64,000 nucleotides of DNA, from NCBI GenBank assembly GCA_026004535.1, contig BPJI01000001.1, positions 431,424 to 495,423 on the forward strand, given 5' to 3'. This DNA comes from Candidatus Parcubacteria bacterium. Its GTDB lineage: Bacteria; Patescibacteriota; Minisyncoccia; UBA6257; HR35. How positions within the stretch are numbered: the stretch's first letter is position 1; each line of letters begins with the position of its first letter. Shown piece after piece: positions 58,331 to 64,000 of the stretch. Under the pieces are notes generated by a model that had not been told where the DNA came from, did no database searches, and was given only the letters and a program-made list of their open reading frames with translations. A program made the position numbers and the translations under genes.

Positions 58331-59305
58331 CTATAAGTGATCCTCTTTAATCAAATTTTTAAATTCTTCAATTAGAATAACTCTTTCAGGATCTTGAGAA
58401 TAATAAAGAGCTAAATAATAACTTGTCCAATCTGCTAAAATTAATGAATTAAAAATTTTATGAAAAACAGAGACTCCCTCGAGATTTATAATTTCTATCT
58501 TAAAACCGTGTTCAGTAAATATTTTCTCAAAAACCTCCATTCTTTTTTGAATTTTTGGCTGATCATCTTTATCTTTTAAAATAATAAAATAAAATTTTTC
58601 AATTAGTTCTTTGATCTCAAAACCAGCCATTTCGTTATGATTTAATTCTGGAAAAACATTATAAAAAGAAGGAATCTTACTAGTTTCATTAAATTTAATT
58701 TTCCAATTATAAGCAAGACAGATATTTTCAGTTGAAGAATAAATTATTGGAATATAACCCTTAATTTTCTCTGCTAATTCCTTCCCCTTCTCTTTATATT
58801 CTTCTGGTTTAAGTAAATCTTTTAATTCATCTAATTCTTTTGATAGATCATCGCGACCAATTAATTTAACAATAGCTTTCAAATTAAATCCTAGAGCAGA
58901 ACGTGGTTGAAGTCCTATATCTGGCATTTGAATATAAGGCAAATTATATTCTTTAGCAAGTTCAATCAATTTACCATTAGTCGAAACAACTGCCACAGTT
59001 AATTTTTTTGCAATTGCTTCTAAAAGAAAATCTATTGTTTCTTCAGTATTACCAGAATAAGAATTAGCAATTAAAAGTCTTTCTTTTAAATCTTCTTCAT
59101 TTATTTTAGGCAAACCGTAGTCTCGATGAATGAGTATATCAAGATAAGGATCTCTAATTTTAAGTAAATCAGCAGCTAAATTAGAACCACCCATCCCAGC
59201 AATAACAAATTTAGAAAATTTAGTTCTTATTTTATCTTCATTTTCAATTTTTGGTTCGTAATAAAACTGTTGATTAAAATTTTTTATTACCTCATAAAAA
59301 TTCAT
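58331..59305 (-). CDS. bifunctional phosphoglucose/phosphomannose isomerase
   Basis: GMGGS, SYSGNTEET, QPR, FNETSK, PELNHNE. Confidence 0.92.
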   Translation of the reverse strand: MNFYEVIKNFNQQFYYEPKIENEDKIRTKFSKFVIAGMGGSNLAADLLKIRDPYLDILIHRDYGLPKINEEDLKERLLIANSYSGNTEETIDFLLEAIAKKLTVAVVSTNGKLIELAKEYNLPYIQMPDIGLQPRSALGFNLKAIVKLIGRDDLSKELDELKDLLKPEEYKEKGKELAEKIKGYIPIIYSSTENICLAYNWKIKFNETSKIPSFYNVFPELNHNEMAGFEIKELIEKFYFIILKDKDDQPKIQKRMEVFEKIFTEHGFKIEIINLEGVSVFHKIFNSLILADWTSYYLALYYSQDPERVILIEEFKNLIKEDHL

Positions 59306-61921
59306 TTATTTAATTTTAATTTTAATAAACTTATAAATTTCTCCAATTATTAAAACTATTGAGCTTAAAGCTAAAATTATAAAAAATTCAAACATGGTTA
59401 TTTCTGAAAAACCTAAAATTAGACGAGCCGTTGGGTTAAAGATAATAAAATATTGTAAAAATAAAGAAAGTAGTACTCCCAAAACTACGTATGGATTTAA
59501 TTTAAAGCTTAGCTTAAAAATACTTTGATTAAACGATCTTAAATTTAAAGCATTATAAATTTGGGTTAAGCTCATTATTAAAAAAGCATACGTTCTTGCT
59601 TTGTCTAAATCTATTAAATATTCACTGCTAAAAATTAAGACAGTGAGTATCATCATTATTGAAGCCATCATTAAAAGAAATGGTAATAAGTCAAAGGTTA
59701 TTAATGATTCTTTAGGATTTCTAGATTTTGACTGAAGTTCATAACCATGTTCTTTTTCGAATGCTAGAGTTGTTCCAACTAAAGTATCGGTGACAAAATT
59801 TAAAAATAAAATATGAGTTGGTTTTAAAATAAAAGGAAAGCCCAAAATAAAAGATGTTAAAATTGTTAAACTCTCAGCAACATTAGTTGTAATTAAAAAG
59901 AAAACAACCCTTTTGAGATTATTGAATATTTTCCTTCCTTCGATTATACCTGAAAGTAAACTTTCCAAATTATCATCCACTAAAATAATATCGCTAGCCG
60001 ATTTAGCAATTTCTGAACCGCGCCTACCCATACAAACTCCCACTTCAGCTTTTTTCAAACTTAAAACATCATTAACGCCATCGCCAATATAAGTAACTGA
60101 ATAACCTAATTTTTGATAAAGTTCTAAAATTTTAAGTTTAGTTTCAGGAGTTATTCGAGCAAAAATATAAGTATCCTTTAAGATTTCTTTTAATTTTTCA
60201 TCTGACAGGTTCTTAATTTCCTCTTCATCAACTGCATTTACTTTTTCAAAGCCGATTTCTTTGGCAATATAAACTGCTGTGGCTTTATGATCCCCAGTTA
60301 AAATTCTAATATCAATTCCAGCAGATTTTAATTTTTGAATAGTCTCCTTAACTCCCTCTTTAGGAGGGTCATATAAACCAATTAAACCAACAAAAATTAA
60401 ATTTTCTTCTCTTTCTCCTTCGTTGTAAGCAGCAGCTAGGATACTAAAACCATTATTAGCATATTCAACAGCCTTATTTAATATTTCCTCTTTATTTTCA
60501 AATTCCTTTACTCCTTCATAAGTTAAAACGTAATTACATTGATTAATTATTTTTTCGAAAGCACCTAAATAGTAAGATTCAATTCTTTCATGTTCCACTA
60601 TAACTCTTTTATGTTTTTTAATTCTCGAAAATGGTTCTCTTTTTTTGATCTTTTCTTTAGCCAAAATCTCTTCTCGCTTGAGTCCTGATTTTTCTAATAA
60701 AACAAGCAAAGCAATATCCCTGGGGTTTCCCTTAAATTTTACCTCATCATCTTTAACAATTTCACCTTCACTAACAATAGCGCAAATATTTAAAAGTTTT
60801 ATTAAAGGATAATTTTCAAAAATATTTATTTCCCTTTCGTCTTTTAAAAATTTTCCTTCTAAACTATGCCCCTCACCAGTAATTTCAATTTCTTCATTAT
60901 TAACAAAAATCTTTCTTGCAGTCATGACATTTTCAGTTAAAGTACCAGTTTTATCGGAAAGAAGAAGATTAATAACTGATAAATTTTCAGTTGCTTGTAA
61001 ATTTTTTACTAAAACATTTTTCTTATATAAAGCATAAGCGCTAACAACAAGTAAAACAGTAATTATTACTGGTAAGCCTTCTGGAATTGAAGAAACAAAG
61101 GATGACAAAACAAAAAGCAAACTTTCTGACCAAAGATAATGTCTTTGAAAAGCAAAATAAAAAATTAAAATCGAAGTTGAAAGCGCAATCAAAATCATTC
61201 TTAAAATCAAATCTTTAGAAAGTTTTTCAAAGTGAGGAGCAAATTGTTCTATTTTCTTAAATTTTTCATAAATTTTACCAATATAAGTTTTAAGACCTGT
61301 TGCTACTACAATTCCTTTCCCCTTTCCTTCGACAACATAACTTCCCATAAAACCGATATTCTTCATTTCAGAAATTGGAGTATTTTCAGACAAAACTTTA
61401 ATATCTTTTTCAACTGGCAAGGACTCACCAGTTAAAATTGATTCATCAACCTTTAAATTTTCCACTTCAAATAATCTTAAATCAGCTGGGATAATATCTC
61501 CTTCTTCAATATAAACAACATCACCAGGAACTAAATTTTCAGCTTCAATTTCAACTAATTCCTTATTGCGTAAAACTTTTGCTTTTGGTTTTAAAAGATC
61601 TTTTAATTTCCCCAAAGTTTTTTCTGTTCGAAGTTCAAAAAAGAAACCAATAAAAGCATTGACTAAAATTATTAAAACAATCACAAAAGAATCAGTAAAT
61701 TTACCCAAATACAAAGTTAAAATTAGAGCAAAAAATAAAACTATATTAAAAATATTTTTAAATTGCTTTAAGAAAATATTGAATAAAGATTTCTTTTCTT
61801 CAGGTAAAATATTTTTGCCATATTTATTTAATCTTTCTTTTACTCTTTCACTACTTAAACCATCAAATTCGGAATCAAATTCATCTATGACTTTTTCAAT
61901 TTCCCACGAATGGTAAATCAT
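59306..61921 (-). CDS. P-type cation-transporting ATPase (type II, Ca/Mg-like)
   Basis: TGES, PEGL, DKTGTLT, TGD, GDGVND. Confidence 0.93.
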   Translation of the reverse strand: MIYHSWEIEKVIDEFDSEFDGLSSERVKERLNKYGKNILPEEKKSLFNIFLKQFKNIFNIVLFFALILTLYLGKFTDSFVIVLIILVNAFIGFFFELRTEKTLGKLKDLLKPKAKVLRNKELVEIEAENLVPGDVVYIEEGDIIPADLRLFEVENLKVDESILTGESLPVEKDIKVLSENTPISEMKNIGFMGSYVVEGKGKGIVVATGLKTYIGKIYEKFKKIEQFAPHFEKLSKDLILRMILIALSTSILIFYFAFQRHYLWSESLLFVLSSFVSSIPEGLPVIITVLLVVSAYALYKKNVLVKNLQATENLSVINLLLSDKTGTLTENVMTARKIFVNNEEIEITGEGHSLEGKFLKDEREINIFENYPLIKLLNICAIVSEGEIVKDDEVKFKGNPRDIALLVLLEKSGLKREEILAKEKIKKREPFSRIKKHKRVIVEHERIESYYLGAFEKIINQCNYVLTYEGVKEFENKEEILNKAVEYANNGFSILAAAYNEGEREENLIFVGLIGLYDPPKEGVKETIQKLKSAGIDIRILTGDHKATAVYIAKEIGFEKVNAVDEEEIKNLSDEKLKEILKDTYIFARITPETKLKILELYQKLGYSVTYIGDGVNDVLSLKKAEVGVCMGRRGSEIAKSASDIILVDDNLESLLSGIIEGRKIFNNLKRVVFFLITTNVAESLTILTSFILGFPFILKPTHILFLNFVTDTLVGTTLAFEKEHGYELQSKSRNPKESLITFDLLPFLLMMASIMMILTVLIFSSEYLIDLDKARTYAFLIMSLTQIYNALNLRSFNQSIFKLSFKLNPYVVLGVLLSLFLQYFIIFNPTARLILGFSEITMFEFFIILALSSIVLIIGEIYKFIKIKIK

Positions 61922-62047
61922 AAAATTATTATAACTAATATTAATAATTATAATATTAGGATAATCTAATTGAAATTTTTAGTGAAGTTTGAATCTTTCC
62001 AAATAAAAATTTTCTCTGGAGTGAAAGCCAATGATTTCTTTGTATTT

Positions 62048-62353
62048 TCACTTTATTGCCTCTTTCAACCACTTCAAGTATTTTTCATTAACTTTATCAA
62101 TTTTAATTTTCAAAATACATGGCACTGAATAAGGATGAATTTTTTCAACAACTTTCTTTATTTTTTTATAATTTTTCTCCAAAGTTTTAACGATTAAAAT
62201 ATATTCTTTATCTTTAACAATTTTTCTTTGCCACCAATATAAACTTTCAATCGGAAAAATATTAGCGCAACCAATAAGTCTTAACCTCAAAAGCTCTTGA
62301 GAAATTCTCAAAGCAGTTTTTCGATTGGGATTAGTTATATAAACAAATATCAT
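62048..62353 (-). CDS. cutA: divalent cation tolerance protein
   Basis: GCANI..SLYWW..HPYSVPCI. Confidence 0.92.
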   Translation of the reverse strand: MIFVYITNPNRKTALRISQELLRLRLIGCANIFPIESLYWWQRKIVKDKEYILIVKTLEKNYKKIKKVVEKIHPYSVPCILKIKIDKVNEKYLKWLKEAIK

Positions 62354-63274
62354 CTAAGTTTATTTAAAACTTGTTCAATTATTCCTATCAATGATCTTAC
62401 TGCGCTTCCACAATTTACAACAAAAACATTTTTATCATATTCATAGATCAAGGGTTTTTTATTAGTTGCATCATAGCCCCAAAGAATTTTTTCAACCTCT
62501 GCTTTTTTCAAAAATGGCAAAACATCGCCTAGGCCCATCGAAAGTAAATCGTTAAAATAATCTTCAGGTTTTGGTTCTAAACTATGTTCAATAATTTCTT
62601 CTTGGCCCAAAACTATTCTATAGCCATAATCAAATTTTTTTAAAAAGTAATAGATAATGCCGTCCTTAAATCTTATTATTGTATGTGGTATTTTAAGTTG
62701 CTCCTCTTTAACTTCTAAATTTAAAACAAAAAGCTGTCTTTTCTCGATTTCAATTGGAACATCAAGATATTCTTTATTTTTATAACCCATGGCAAAGATA
62801 ACTTTATCAGCTAAAAATTCTCCGTTGTTCGTAATTATTTTATAAATTTCACCATCTTTTTCAATCTTTTGAAATTCAGTCGAATTAAAAATTTCAACAC
62901 CGTTTTCTTTAGCTACTTTTTTAAAATAATTCACTAACTTGCCTCCAGCAATATTTATACTCGGCACAAAAACTCCTTTATGAACAAAGAAATAATTATC
63001 TTCAATCAAATTTAAATCAACTTTATCTTTAAGGCTCAAAATAAATTCAGCAGTTTTTCTTGTATTTTCTCTTATTTCTTCATCTTCAAAATACCATCTA
63101 ATACTTCCACCAGCATTAATATAAGCAAGTCCATCATCAATCTCTGGTTCTTTTTGCAATAAGAGCAATTTTGTTTAAATTAAATTTATTTTTATCTTGA
63201 GAAATAAAATAAGCAACACCTGAACCAATTGGACCACCGCCAACTATTATTAAGTCATATTTTAAATTTGTCAT
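62350..63274 (-). pseudogene. FAD-dependent oxidoreductase (DAO family) with a frameshift near 63157
   Basis: MTNLKYDLIIVGGGPIGSGVAY starts at 63274 in another frame and joins the 272-aa ORF after ..IALI. Confidence 0.8.
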
Positions 63275-64000
63275 ATTTTATTAGAACTTTATTTATTGAT
63301 CCGAATTTTTTAAAATCACTAATTAATATTTTACTAAAATTCCATTTTTTCTTTAAAACTTCAAATAGATATTTTAAATATTTTCTTTCTTCATTGTTTT
63401 TAATAATTTTATAACAGGTAGATAAAACCTCATAAGCACCATCATAAATTAAATTATCATCAAAACCATATTTAGCTGATAACTCCATTAATTTTTCATC
63501 TGACCATTCTGCTCTACCCTTTAAATTATTTTCTAAAATCAGACCCTTTAAAAGAACCAAAAGACCTTTATAAATTTTGATATCCCAAATAGTATCAATA
63601 GCCTTAAATTCAACTCTGCCTCTTTCAGCATCTATTCTATTTTTGCCTAAAATCCATTTATCAGAATATCTTGAGATTAAATTATTATCACTGACGAAAC
63701 CAACTGCTGATGGCCTTAATTTTGAACGAAAATAAATTCTAACCGAATAACCATCCCATAATTTACCTTTATAAAATGGCGAAGAAAAAGTAAAAGGCAC
63801 AATAAAAGGAGCATAATAATTAAGTTTCAAAACAATATCTAGAATGTCTTTGTCATTTAATTCAGGAAAAGAAATGTTTAAATCAGGCCCAAAAGTAAGT
63901 AAAGCAAAAGGCGCAGTTTTTCTTCCTGGATCTTCTTTTCTTAATTTTTTCTCATAAGAATGGAGTTTAATTTTTATACCCACTCTATCTAAATACGGAT
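63255..64000 (-). CDS. glutamate-cysteine ligase (GCS2)-like protein, partial
   Basis: SSPFYKG..SVR, GRVEFKAID; frame open to the window edge. Confidence 0.65.
   Translation of the reverse strand, partial: PYLDRVGIKIKLHSYEKKLRKEDPGRKTAPFALLTFGPDLNISFPELNDKDILDIVLKLNYYAPFIVPFTFSSPFYKGKLWDGYSVRIYFRSKLRPSAVGFVSDNNLISRYSDKWILGKNRIDAERGRVEFKAIDTIWDIKIYKGLLVLLKGLILENNLKGRAEWSDEKLMELSAKYGFDDNLIYDGAYEVLSTCYKIIKNNEERKYLKYLFEVLKKKWNFSKILISDFKKFGSINKVLIKYDKFKI

Noticed and set aside
1870-63414. Short overlapping or antisense ORFs (e.g. 5084, 8234, 9097, 13458, 17170, 21984, 33689, 41563, 42689, 52737, 61566)
   Set aside because: Shadows of well-supported genes with no motifs; 41563 and 42689 resemble each other only because of the DNA duplication

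Overview
Strongly AT-rich bacterial chromosome segment, most likely Patescibacteria/CPR (Parcubacteria-like) and probably thermophilic. This is inferred from the short PheT, split transketolase, PGI/PMI, membrane-anchored VirD4/HerA-like ATPase, pilin-LamG protein, and a BpsA-like polyamine synthase with SpeD. Most of the window is housekeeping (cca, uvrB, mltG, znuACB, rmuC, gap, rel, pheST, nth, truB, pepN, mutM, cysS, ndh, eno, ppsA, corA, P-type ATPase, two tRNAs). Three things stand out. (1) More than 20 'two-armed' degenerate repeat elements of several families (CCGG, CAGAAC, CACGGAT, ACGGAA, CAGC). They lie between genes and also in frame inside eight enzyme genes, and they nest inside one another. 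(2) A four-gene secreted-protein cluster at 40.4-43.5 kb whose domain layout suggests a C-terminal donor-strand-complemented fibre (tip, shaft, cap, membrane anchor). (3) A pilin-LamG gene with one in-frame TGA, inserted into the znu operon between 47-bp direct repeats with nested palindromes. One of those palindromes is an orphan copy of the site flanking a TrpR/YerC-like gene at 45.3-46 kb. No integrase, transposase, reverse transcriptase or CRISPR array is visible. All alignments were done by eye and no database searches were run.
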